Virus record (IMG/VR): IMGVR_UViG_3300030419_004857
Location: 64,001-128,000 of that record
Source: a virus
Direction: 5' to 3' (one strand)
Length of the DNA stretch: 64,000 nucleotides
Numbering within the stretch: the stretch's first letter is position 1; each line of letters begins with the position of its first letter. Under the pieces are notes generated by a model, which was not told the origin of the DNA, made no database searches, and worked only from the letters and a program-made list of their open reading frames with translations. Made by a program: the position numbers and the translations under genes. Shown piece by piece: positions 1 through 8,943 of the stretch.

Positions 1-1
1 T

Positions 2-3000
2 AGCGATGGAACAATAGATTTTGCGCCCCAGTGCGATTCCACCTTCACCTGTGTAGATTATCTTGCCAACACAGTTGAAGTATGCCCTTGTAATACGCTT
101 GACAATGTTCCAGATGTGATTTCATCAACCGCCGTTGATCTGTTAACAGATGAAGCTACATGTAAAACTTACGGTTATTGTCAGATTGTTTCGGGGTATC
201 CAGACCCAAACACTATGATGACCAAGGACGACTGCATAACCCTAGCTAAGAAATATTCTCTATACGACGGAGGCGGAACTGCGCTTAATCCCGCCTTCCC
301 CGGATCTTGTACAGATGGATGTAATGGAAGCTCCGTTGCTGCATCAGATTATCAAGACTGTATAGCTAAAACCAATAGTGGTTGTCCACCCAATGGGTGG
401 GCAAATCCAAATTATCATTCCTGCGTGTCAGTTGTTGACAATGTTGCAAACTTTGATGCGTGTTGGTCAGGACACGATTGGAAGCCTGCCTCTACTGCCG
501 ATCCATATAAGGATAAGGTTGGTAACTGGCCTGCCTGTCCATTTACCGGAGAGTGGACCCTTTGCGACCAGCTTAACCATGACACATGTACAATTAGAGA
601 AATGTCTGGATCAAGAGATGGAACAGATCAATATCGTTTAGGATATGATCATACCTCTAAGATTAGGGAAGATCTTGCTAATGGTTACTATGTACAAATA
701 GATCAAACTGAAGTTTGTCCAGTTTGTTGTGATCATTACATGCCAAAATCTTTAACGGCTACTATTAGCAGTATGTCTTCTCAATCATTAAATGATAGGT
801 ATTGTCAGACTGATTGTAATGGAAATCTCCCGCCTGTAGTAGCAACAGGATATAAAGTTTTTCCCGGTGCTGATGAACCATATGTTTGTGAACCAGATCA
901 GAATGGAAATTATGGTTTGGGTTGCGAAGATGGATACACGGGAGGGACATACTGTTGTGATTGTGTGAGCACTCCTGAAGGAGCCATTGCAGGATGTTTT
1001 GATTGTGGTAAAACCTATAGGATAGATTCTGATTGGCAAAAACTTGACGAATTGCCCGGCGCTGATGAACAGTTTAAAACCTGTTGTAGTTGTGATTGTG
1101 AGCCGGGAGATGTTAAAAAACCATCGTGTGAAAAGGATTTTCCCACGTTAGATGACTTCTTTGCTTGCAATGGCTGTTGTGGAGAACATGACGGAAAGCA
1201 AACCGATTGTGAAAATAATGGATGTGCCTATAATGCCTTAGACGGAAGTTGTAACTTGAAAGATGGCTGTGGTGGAACATGTGGTAATTTGTCATGTGAA
1301 GCTGATGACGCTGGTGGTGGTGGAGAGTGTAGAGCTACATACGGATCTTGTTCTGATATTACAACAGAATCAGCTTGTGATGGTGCAAGCGGGTGTAGCT
1401 GGAGTGAAGTTACGCCGGGGTCGGGATATTATACATGCGGTGGAAACATAAATAATGACATTTGTAATACTTATGATGACCCCGACGACTGTAATGATGA
1501 TGACTACTGCAACTTTGTAAATTTCACTTCTAACACTGGCACATGTAAATGTACCCCCTGTACTGGTTTTCCCGGTAGTAGAGATTTGAAGTGTGAAGAT
1601 CCTTTTGTGTGTGGCGGTGGAAACGGTGGAAATAGAGGCGGATGTACAGACACAAATTCTGCCTATTGTTCGGGGGGAATGGGGTTAGATAATCCAGATG
1701 GACAGGGCTGTGGAGACCCCGGCATTCCGGGCGCTGTAGCTGATTGCGTAATGCCCAAAAGAGAATATCATGAGGGATGTCCCGGTTTAGGCACAATTTC
1801 TTTTGATATGGAGTATAATGGGTCGTCGTGGGTTTCTGACTGGGTTGCAATGAATGATGTGGGTAAAAAACAATGTAAGCTCACTAACTATCCTGATTTT
1901 TGTAATGATGTTTTTTGTATAAAAAATGGAAAGGTTGTTATTCCAGCCGGGGGGGCATCTTGTGAGAGCGTTGGTGGGGAACTTAAGCCGGGGTGTCCTA
2001 ATAAGCCAATCGTAGGTGCTGACTGTGGCGCTTGTAGAGAAAAACAGTTTGATGGATATAATTGTGGGCCAGACGCTGATGACTGGCCTACAGGACAAGA
2101 TAATCATTATATCAGAACTGAAATGTATTGTGGAGATCTTGAGGATCAAGAGGCTCTTGTTAGCCATGCTGGCCCGCCTTATGGTGGATTGGTTTCTGAT
2201 GAACAATATCAGGGCGGATCAATGCATTTAAATGCGTGGATAACGACTTGTAAATATCCGTCTTGCGGACCCGGCAATTCTCCTTGTCCCGAGTCTGGGT
2301 GTTTTGGTGACTGTTCTGCCGCGCAAGATGGCTCTGTTCAACTTGTTACAACTGCCCACATACCCGGTGTAAATTGTGGAGCAAGATCGCCATGTGTAGG
2401 GTGTTGTGCATTTATGGAGCCTTTCTGCACGGTTACAGCGGGTGGGGGTTGGCTTTTCGACACAGAAGATTGCCCCCCTCAGACAAAAGGTTGTGGAATT
2501 CCTTGCGATGGGTCTTGTGAAGATGAATTGTTAACTTTGGTCGAATGCAAGGCTAGCGGGTTTGTTAAAAGTCCAAAAGCCCCGATGATATTTAATGTTC
2601 GGTTTGTTGATCATGGAGGAGAAGACCCAACAACTGGAAAAGTTCCGGGCAAGTTAATTGGAATGACTAACGCTCCTGCCTGTAATTGGCCAGCAGGCAC
2701 AAGTGTTAGTTTGGGTGTTTCAGATAGATTAATAGCAGAAACCGGAGGAGGAAGTGACGCTACGCCAATGTATGGTACAACTACTGATATCCTAGCCCTT
2801 CCTCCAAATTACCCACAGGGCACAGTACTGACTCAGGAGATTCCTATAAGCGAATATGACAATAACCTTATAGAACTGAACGTTGAAGATGTTAGAGCCT
2901 TCATGTCATATTCAGGAGCGTTAGATAGACATCTGTGGAGAAATACTAATACCGAACCGTTCCCGTATGGTAGATCCCCTTGGCCAGTCCTCCACCAAGC

Positions 3001-4162
3001 CGATACAGGAAACCCACAGGCTCTGAATAACCTTGAAAGAATAGGCAAAAAGATGCTCAGTGGGAGTGCCGCATCTTATGATCCGCAGAATAAAATTGTC
3101 AATATTGAAAACGTTTATGACGGAAACGGAGTTTTCTCTCATATCCTAGTTACTACAGACAGAGATCATGATCTTATTACAGGCGAAAAGATTATATTAG
3201 ATAGGGCTGAATGCTATGCGGCATCTTGCAGTTGCCCCGCTTATGATCCTGTTTCTGATGTTGGGGGATGCAGAAGAGTCGGGACGGGAACGGTGATAAT
3301 TGACGAGGATACTGAAGAAGCTGCTACCTCAGTTAAAAATGTTGACCAAGTCGGATGTCAGGCTCTGGGTGGGACATGGACTCCGTCAACGAATAAACTA
3401 ATATCGTGTCCGAAGGAGTGCGAGGTAAATGGGTGGTTTGATGAGGCTCCATGTGATCCGAATAAGGATAACAAACCGTGTAATTCTCCCAATTGTAGAA
3501 AGCCCCCCGGAGAACAACAAAAGGTGTGTTACGGCTGCGCTGGCTCTGTTGATGAAACCGCCATTGTTGCTGGTGTAGAAGAAGATCCTATAACCGATGA
3601 TCTCAACGGTTCCTATGTTGTCAAATTCATCTCCAGCAGATCATTTTCTATCCATTATGAGAAATATTTAGATTTTGATCAATACGGTTCGCAAGCTATT
3701 GGCTATGATCCTACAACCAATAACACTACCGGATTGGCTGCAAATACACTCAATGATTCCGATACGTGGAATGATAATGTAAAAGGAACACCGTGGGGCC
3801 ATGAAATTATGGTTGGTCCAGCGGTTGGTCCATTTGTAGATAAAGTAATTGATTGGTCTGGCACAGAGACTGCTGGAGGTGCTAGGTGGACACGTCACGC
3901 AGGAACTTTTAATGTCGTATTGCAAAATTTCGAGTATGTTGATAAACCGGGCACTGCATGCAGACAGGGTAATAGTCAGAATCCGGTAAATCTAGAATGG
4001 GATCTATTTTTTGAAAATGGATGTTGTAATAATAGACAACCTCCAAGAAACTTCGGATGTGAAGATAAGTGCTATCAGGGTGGAGGGCCAATGATAATCG
4101 ATTGGGTGGATAAAGATCAAGATAGAGGAAAAGCTGCTATTCATATAGCTGTAACAGAATAA
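2..4162 (+). CDS. Giant Cys/Gly/Asp-rich putative virion surface or tail-associated protein (5'-partial)
   Basis: The frame is open from base 2 (SDGTIDFAPQCDSTFTCVDY...), so the track start at 116 is artificial. Very Cys-rich with tandem C-x-C-x-C-x-W/Y units. The C-terminal region has an FCCH-like motif (VTTDRDHDLITGEKI...LNGSYVV...SFSI). Confidence 0.6.
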   Translation, partial: SDGTIDFAPQCDSTFTCVDYLANTVEVCPCNTLDNVPDVISSTAVDLLTDEATCKTYGYCQIVSGYPDPNTMMTKDDCITLAKKYSLYDGGGTALNPAFPGSCTDGCNGSSVAASDYQDCIAKTNSGCPPNGWANPNYHSCVSVVDNVANFDACWSGHDWKPASTADPYKDKVGNWPACPFTGEWTLCDQLNHDTCTIREMSGSRDGTDQYRLGYDHTSKIREDLANGYYVQIDQTEVCPVCCDHYMPKSLTATISSMSSQSLNDRYCQTDCNGNLPPVVATGYKVFPGADEPYVCEPDQNGNYGLGCEDGYTGGTYCCDCVSTPEGAIAGCFDCGKTYRIDSDWQKLDELPGADEQFKTCCSCDCEPGDVKKPSCEKDFPTLDDFFACNGCCGEHDGKQTDCENNGCAYNALDGSCNLKDGCGGTCGNLSCEADDAGGGGECRATYGSCSDITTESACDGASGCSWSEVTPGSGYYTCGGNINNDICNTYDDPDDCNDDDYCNFVNFTSNTGTCKCTPCTGFPGSRDLKCEDPFVCGGGNGGNRGGCTDTNSAYCSGGMGLDNPDGQGCGDPGIPGAVADCVMPKREYHEGCPGLGTISFDMEYNGSSWVSDWVAMNDVGKKQCKLTNYPDFCNDVFCIKNGKVVIPAGGASCESVGGELKPGCPNKPIVGADCGACREKQFDGYNCGPDADDWPTGQDNHYIRTEMYCGDLEDQEALVSHAGPPYGGLVSDEQYQGGSMHLNAWITTCKYPSCGPGNSPCPESGCFGDCSAAQDGSVQLVTTAHIPGVNCGARSPCVGCCAFMEPFCTVTAGGGWLFDTEDCPPQTKGCGIPCDGSCEDELLTLVECKASGFVKSPKAPMIFNVRFVDHGGEDPTTGKVPGKLIGMTNAPACNWPAGTSVSLGVSDRLIAETGGGSDATPMYGTTTDILALPPNYPQGTVLTQEIPISEYDNNLIELNVEDVRAFMSYSGALDRHLWRNTNTEPFPYGRSPWPVLHQADTGNPQALNNLERIGKKMLSGSAASYDPQNKIVNIENVYDGNGVFSHILVTTDRDHDLITGEKIILDRAECYAASCSCPAYDPVSDVGGCRRVGTGTVIIDEDTEEAATSVKNVDQVGCQALGGTWTPSTNKLISCPKECEVNGWFDEAPCDPNKDNKPCNSPNCRKPPGEQQKVCYGCAGSVDETAIVAGVEEDPITDDLNGSYVVKFISSRSFSIHYEKYLDFDQYGSQAIGYDPTTNNTTGLAANTLNDSDTWNDNVKGTPWGHEIMVGPAVGPFVDKVIDWSGTETAGGARWTRHAGTFNVVLQNFEYVDKPGTACRQGNSQNPVNLEWDLFFENGCCNNRQPPRNFGCEDKCYQGGGPMIIDWVDKDQDRGKAAIHIAVTE

Positions 4163-4176
4163 AGAGAGGAATTAAT

Positions 4177-4677
4177 ATGTCTTGTAAAGGATGTGGTGGA
4201 AATCAGCCAACTATAATACCAAGAGGGCTTCCTCAAGGTCCAACTGGCGAAACTACTCAGTGTCAATGCAATTTTCCAGATGGTCAGAATACAATCTTTT
4301 GTGACAGGCATAAGTGTACAAAAACTAAACCCTTGTATCATTTATGTAAATATAGAGAAGACTATTATCAATTGTGGGAGAGCGGACACGGACCAATGCA
4401 AACGGTATCTAAATACCAAGTTGAAGAAGAGCGTCCAACTCCAAAACCAGAAAAACCAAAGAAAACCACTGGGTTTTTTAAAGATGAAAATGAAGATTCA
4501 AAAGCTCAAGGTCTTGGAGATACTATTGCCAAAATTACCGAAGCTACTGGCATTAAGACAGTCGTAGATGCGGTTAGCGAAGCTACAGGAAGAGACTGTG
4601 GTTGCAGACAAAGGCAAAATAAATTGAACGAGATGTTTCCCTATAAACAAAAGAAAACAAAAGGGTTTTTTCAGTAA
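4177..4677 (+). CDS. Cys-rich hypothetical phage protein
   Basis: RBS GAGGA; Cys clusters; C-terminal GLGDTIAKIT...GIK...CGC..RQ.KLN.MFPY motif. Confidence 0.7.
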   Translation: MSCKGCGGNQPTIIPRGLPQGPTGETTQCQCNFPDGQNTIFCDRHKCTKTKPLYHLCKYREDYYQLWESGHGPMQTVSKYQVEEERPTPKPEKPKKTTGFFKDENEDSKAQGLGDTIAKITEATGIKTVVDAVSEATGRDCGCRQRQNKLNEMFPYKQKKTKGFFQ

Positions 4678-4689
4678 TGGTGTATAATA
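4677..4689 (+). promoter_or_regulatory. Putative phage late promoter ATGGTGTATAATA
   Basis: Identical 13-mer at 50610-50622 (-); lies 30 nt upstream of an AAGGAG-led gene; no TTGACA -35. Confidence 0.55.
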
Positions 4690-4718
4690 CATTAGATTAT
4701 CTCTAAGGAGACACAAAT

Positions 4719-5429
4719 ATGGCAACAATTAGCTTTTATGCGGGCAGTACCGCAATTAATAACATATCAGGCTCTGGGCTAGGTTTCTTCGGTGGCTCCT
4801 TTGGTCAGTCTGTAGAGATTAATAAGTTTCAGGATACTACCTTTATTACTAACGGCGCTGGCACAACCCAAGCCGGTGCTGCCAACAACATTAAGTATTC
4901 TAGTGATATACTGGCCTTTGCCCCCGGTATTGTTCCAGCAACTGGTCTTAAGTATATTCCTAACGAGAAAGCTACTTGCAACGTAAGATTCACAAACGCA
5001 TCTGCTGTAAAAACGCAAAACGTTAGACTGAGAATCTTCGACAGGACCAACAAAGATCATCCCGCCAGCGGAGTGATCACTAGGGCTGCTGAATTACTTC
5101 ATCCTTCAACTTCATATAGCGTGGAAGGATCTGGAGACGCTACCTTTTGGGGAACTTCTACTCACACGGGGTCAGATGCTCAAGGAACATTCCAAGCCGG
5201 TTCCAATCCAAGTGTAAGACTTCCGGCGGGTGTTTACACGGTTGGCGGTAGTGGTATTATTGTACCTCTAGCCCAGTCTCCGGGGCCAAGTGGATATTAT
5301 GCTGGAGACGGCTCAGCAAATACTGCATCATACACCCAGCATGATTGGTATGTAGCTATTACAGCCTCTCCTGATAGTATCGGGAGCAAGACTCTATACG
5401 GTCTTTATGTAGAGCTTGAATATCTATAA
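4719..5429 (+). CDS. Gly/Ser/Ala/Thr-rich putative virion structural protein
   Basis: Strong RBS AAGGAG, beta-rich composition typical of virion proteins, followed by a terminator. Confidence 0.6.
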   Translation: MATISFYAGSTAINNISGSGLGFFGGSFGQSVEINKFQDTTFITNGAGTTQAGAANNIKYSSDILAFAPGIVPATGLKYIPNEKATCNVRFTNASAVKTQNVRLRIFDRTNKDHPASGVITRAAELLHPSTSYSVEGSGDATFWGTSTHTGSDAQGTFQAGSNPSVRLPAGVYTVGGSGIIVPLAQSPGPSGYYAGDGSANTASYTQHDWYVAITASPDSIGSKTLYGLYVELEYL

Positions 5430-5466
5430 ACGCAAAAATTTAATTGCAGTTGCCTTGGGTGGCAAT

Positions 5467-5500
5467 AAAAAACCCCGGCCTTTCACAGCCGGGGTTTTTC
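5467..5500. terminator. Bidirectional rho-independent terminator
   Basis: AAAAACCCCGGC-ctttcaca-GCCGGGGTTTTT between convergent genes. Confidence 0.9.
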
Positions 5501-5520
5501 ATTCCATCAGCTACCTATAT

Positions 5521-5856
5521 TTACTCTTCCTGTTGGGTTTCTTTATTCCATTTCACCCAGCCACGATCAGGTAGCCAATTGCCTTCCTTGTCCTTGCGTC
5601 TCGGGAAGAGCTTTCCTCCCGTCTTCATAGTGCCGAAGGCGAGCTTTGCGCCGCAATCCAAGCACCGAAGTTCGTAGTAGAGGTTGTCGTCGATGTTCCT
5701 AACTTGGAATCTCAGATTCTCACTACTACATTTTGCACACTCCGACTCATCAAAAATTTCCTGAAAAGTCGCTAGCTGCATAAACAGGTCGGTTTGAGTT
5801 TCGCTGTCAATCTCCACTGTCAGTCTACCGCTTCTGTTAGTGTATTGAACTTTCAT
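5521..5856 (-). CDS. Zn-ribbon hypothetical protein
   Basis: CAKC...CLDC; TAATG overlap with the upstream stop supports a start at 5856. Confidence 0.7.
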   Translation of the reverse strand: MKVQYTNRSGRLTVEIDSETQTDLFMQLATFQEIFDESECAKCSSENLRFQVRNIDDNLYYELRCLDCGAKLAFGTMKTGGKLFPRRKDKEGNWLPDRGWVKWNKETQQEE

Positions 5857-6758
5857 TAGTTTCTCCAATCTGATTGATAACCTAAAATATTTTCTGGAAT
5901 GGTATCTGTGTTATTTTGATATCCATTCAAAACCCCAATCATTTTTGTAGCACTCTCTCTTGTTACATCATTAATACTCCTGTAGACCTTTTCGCCAATA
6001 CTTATAAAACCCATAACATTTAAATCTAACTGTTTGCATTTGTTGTCAAGAAAATTGATCTGTTGCGAACTGATTCTGTCATCAGAATTATAGCTGCCAT
6101 CCGTTGTCTTCTCAACACTTCTTTGCACAATTTCCACAATATTCTTCTTTGCCAACTCTTCCGCCGCCAGAACTCGCAACTTCAGAGCCTTCCTGAGCGC
6201 TCTGCCTTCCGCTCTGGTACACGCAGTAGCAACAGGATGCGCGCAGAATAAATCGTCCGTATTTCCATGCCATACGTCAGCAGCTTCACTAAAGGTTTTA
6301 TATACGCCACTGTTCATCCAGTTGAACACCACCTTATATACAACCGTCGCTCTACCCGGACCATCAGAATCCGTAGGAGAATCCACCTGTGTAGGCCCAG
6401 TTTCTACGATGTCTCCAAGAAGAAATTCAGCCACTCTACGCAAACCGGCACAAACCGGATTACCATCGATAAGTTCATTTTTCTCAAAGTGTGACATTAC
6501 ATAATTGTGCCACTCAGGAGAAAAAATAGAGGGGGTGTCATCCTCTTGAACTACATCAGGACCGTCACCTCCAAGAACACCGTCTTCAAACATGTCATCT
6601 TCATGAAGACCAGTTTCTTTCAATACATTTTCTACCGATAACATTTCATCCTCCAAAATTTTTATCAAGTCTTGTTTTACTGCATTAGGGGGGATAGATA
6701 ATCCCATATCCTGTAGAAGTTTTTTCAATTCTTTGACGGTGCTGTCTTTAAAACTCAT
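5856..6758 (-). CDS. Putative single-strand annealing protein (Rad52/Sak-like) with N-terminal SAP/HeH-like domain
   Basis: TVKELKKLL..MGL......KQDLIKIL at the N-terminus; HPVATACTRAEGRALRKAL resembles the Rad52/Erf-type core. Confidence 0.5.
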   Translation of the reverse strand: MSFKDSTVKELKKLLQDMGLSIPPNAVKQDLIKILEDEMLSVENVLKETGLHEDDMFEDGVLGGDGPDVVQEDDTPSIFSPEWHNYVMSHFEKNELIDGNPVCAGLRRVAEFLLGDIVETGPTQVDSPTDSDGPGRATVVYKVVFNWMNSGVYKTFSEAADVWHGNTDDLFCAHPVATACTRAEGRALRKALKLRVLAAEELAKKNIVEIVQRSVEKTTDGSYNSDDRISSQQINFLDNKCKQLDLNVMGFISIGEKVYRSINDVTRESATKMIGVLNGYQNNTDTIPENILGYQSDWRN

Positions 6759-7543
6759 GATTCTATTTCTATTAACCTCTTTGTCGGTGGAGGAAATTCT
6801 TCTTCGATTTTCTTTAATTCAACAATGATAGAATTCAATACATCTCTCATGTTCTTAGCGGACAAATTTTTGATCAAGTTTTTGACTCGTATAATAGCAA
6901 AACCTCTGTTGATCAACAATCCGGCCTTTTGCGCATCTGCTCGAATGTGTCTTTGCAAATTTGCTTCTCCCCAGATTGGAAGAAAGTGCGCGGGGCCGTC
7001 TATTTCGATTGCCGTTCTTAACACAGGAAGGAAAAGATCCACCTCAAGTTTGTCATTCGCTAGCAGACCTCTCTTGTGAAATATAGTTTCGTAGCCAGCT
7101 TTTGTCAATCCCTCATAGACAAATTTTTCAATTTTGGACCCCTCTTTGCTGGCTTTTCGCACGGCTTCTGCCGCAGCCCGCCTCAAGTTATCCTTTTCCT
7201 GATCGCTCATTTGCTCCCATTGATATTTAGAGAGTTCGGAACGTCTGCCTCTTTCTTCATCGTCCATATTGTCCCAGAAGTTTGACATGCCATTGCTGAT
7301 TGCCACCTTTTCGGACTCTGTTCTCTGCTTTCCTTTAGTTGGATGTTCGTGTCTACCAGTACTAATCGCAACGGTCTGTGCCTGACTCTTAGTTCTTAAA
7401 TCCACTCCGAGAGACTTTAAGGCTCTTCTGATTTTGTTAGGATATGTGCTAAGCTCTTGAGCAATTTCATATGTGCTCTTCTGCTTAGTAATATACTGTT
7501 CGATTAGAAATTCTTTATGCTTCTGTGCAAATCTGCTGCTCAT
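6755..7543 (-). CDS. Vsr/DUF559 (EDxHD)-type endonuclease with N-terminal HTH; possible free-standing homing endonuclease
   Basis: STYEIAQELST..NKIRRAL HTH; NUMOD-like KGKQRTESEK..IS; SKIE...VDLF...IEIDGPAH...D..K..LL..RGF.IIRV. Confidence 0.65.
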   Translation of the reverse strand: MSSRFAQKHKEFLIEQYITKQKSTYEIAQELSTYPNKIRRALKSLGVDLRTKSQAQTVAISTGRHEHPTKGKQRTESEKVAISNGMSNFWDNMDDEERGRRSELSKYQWEQMSDQEKDNLRRAAAEAVRKASKEGSKIEKFVYEGLTKAGYETIFHKRGLLANDKLEVDLFLPVLRTAIEIDGPAHFLPIWGEANLQRHIRADAQKAGLLINRGFAIIRVKNLIKNLSAKNMRDVLNSIIVELKKIEEEFPPPTKRLIEIES

Positions 7544-8003
7544 CGGTAATCCTCACTATTTTCTTAAGGTTGAAATTGTTAACTATATGGTCTACTGTTC
7601 TGTTGGCGTAATTTTCGATAGCCAAAGCGTGCTCTTTGCTTCTTGCTATTAATTTTACATCTTTGTTGTTATAGGCTTGTATTAAGTAACTAAAATCTTT
7701 TCCATGTCTACGTGTCCATTCTAAATCCCACACATAAAAGTATTTAGCTTTAGCAAATGTGTTTATCATTGAAAGGGTTGTTGATACCGACGTAGATATT
7801 AAAATTCCATCAAATCCCCAAATCTCGTTTATGTTCATTGTGCCTACTTCAGGCTGAAGTATGGAGGTTGAGGAATTTTCAAAAAAGATCACAAAATCGC
7901 AATCGTCCGAACCTAGATACTCGTTTATATTTTTGATAACATAATACGACAATTGGCTGGCGCTTAAGTCATCAATAATAATTCCAATTTTATTTTCGTG
8001 CAT
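7515..8003 (-). CDS. Hypothetical protein, single GT-B-like domain
   Basis: KYFYVWDLEW and LIARS motifs; located in the glyco cluster. Confidence 0.5.
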   Translation of the reverse strand: MHENKIGIIIDDLSASQLSYYVIKNINEYLGSDDCDFVIFFENSSTSILQPEVGTMNINEIWGFDGILISTSVSTTLSMINTFAKAKYFYVWDLEWTRRHGKDFSYLIQAYNNKDVKLIARSKEHALAIENYANRTVDHIVNNFNLKKIVRITDEQQICTEA

Positions 8004-8943
8004 CTGCTTCCTCTTTGTTTTCTATGTACCAATCGACGGTTTTTTGAATACCGTCTTTGACGGAGAGCGGGTCTATTTGTATAATTTGCTTCATTTTTTC
8101 AACACTTAGAAGCTTTTTCATTTGCCCGTCTGGCTTTTCTGTATTCCACACAACTTCGCCATCATATTGAACCGCTTCAGAAATATATTCTACCAGTTCT
8201 TTTATTGTAATGTCGTGTCCTGTTCCTATATTTAGTAGGTCGCTTTGGTTTTCGTATTTTTGCAAAGCCTGAACTATGGCATCAGCGGCGTCGTCCACGT
8301 ACATAAATTCCCTTTTTGGACTACCCGTCCCCCAACATTCTACCTCCTGCTCTCCCTCCTGTTTGGCCTCTACAAATTTCCTGATCAAAGCACCAACAAC
8401 TTTAGTTCTAAACAAATTAAAAGTGTCGTGTGGTCCATATAAATTAGTGACACATACAGGTACAGAATTGAAGTTGTATTGATCTATGTACGCTTCAGAT
8501 GCTGCCTGTAAAATTCTTTTAGCCACTCCGTGTGCTCGTATAGTCTTATTCGGTTGACCGCTCCAAAAATCTTCTTCATGCAATACTTCCATCCCTGTGT
8601 CTGGATACGCACAGGATGTCATTATAGTCAAAAGCTTCTTTACGTTAGCATACTCACAAGCGTGATGAATATTTAGACCCATGATTGTGTTCGTATAGAG
8701 TATGTCCGCTGGATACGCCCTGTTAAACTCTATTCCACCATTGTAACCGGCGCAATGTATACAGTAATCTGGACGTACCTCCATAAGGTATTCCATCAGG
8801 GAATACAGGTCCAATAGATTAACATGTTCAGATCCTATGGCTACAGGGATAGCTCCCGCTGTTCTCAGGGACTTCCGAAGAGCGCGTCCCAAAAATCCAG
8901 TTCCTCCGGTAACCAGTACCTTTTTTTGATCCAGATTAATCAT
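7990..8943 (-). CDS. GDP-L-fucose synthase-like SDR (variant active site)
   Basis: TGGTGFLG, GGIEFN, SCAYP, NLYGP, WGTGSPKREFMYVDD, KPDGQ; the YxxxK motif reads HGVAK. Confidence 0.85.
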   Translation of the reverse strand: MINLDQKKVLVTGGTGFLGRALRKSLRTAGAIPVAIGSEHVNLLDLYSLMEYLMEVRPDYCIHCAGYNGGIEFNRAYPADILYTNTIMGLNIHHACEYANVKKLLTIMTSCAYPDTGMEVLHEEDFWSGQPNKTIRAHGVAKRILQAASEAYIDQYNFNSVPVCVTNLYGPHDTFNLFRTKVVGALIRKFVEAKQEGEQEVECWGTGSPKREFMYVDDAADAIVQALQKYENQSDLLNIGTGHDITIKELVEYISEAVQYDGEVVWNTEKPDGQMKKLLSVEKMKQIIQIDPLSVKDGIQKTVDWYIENKEEADARK

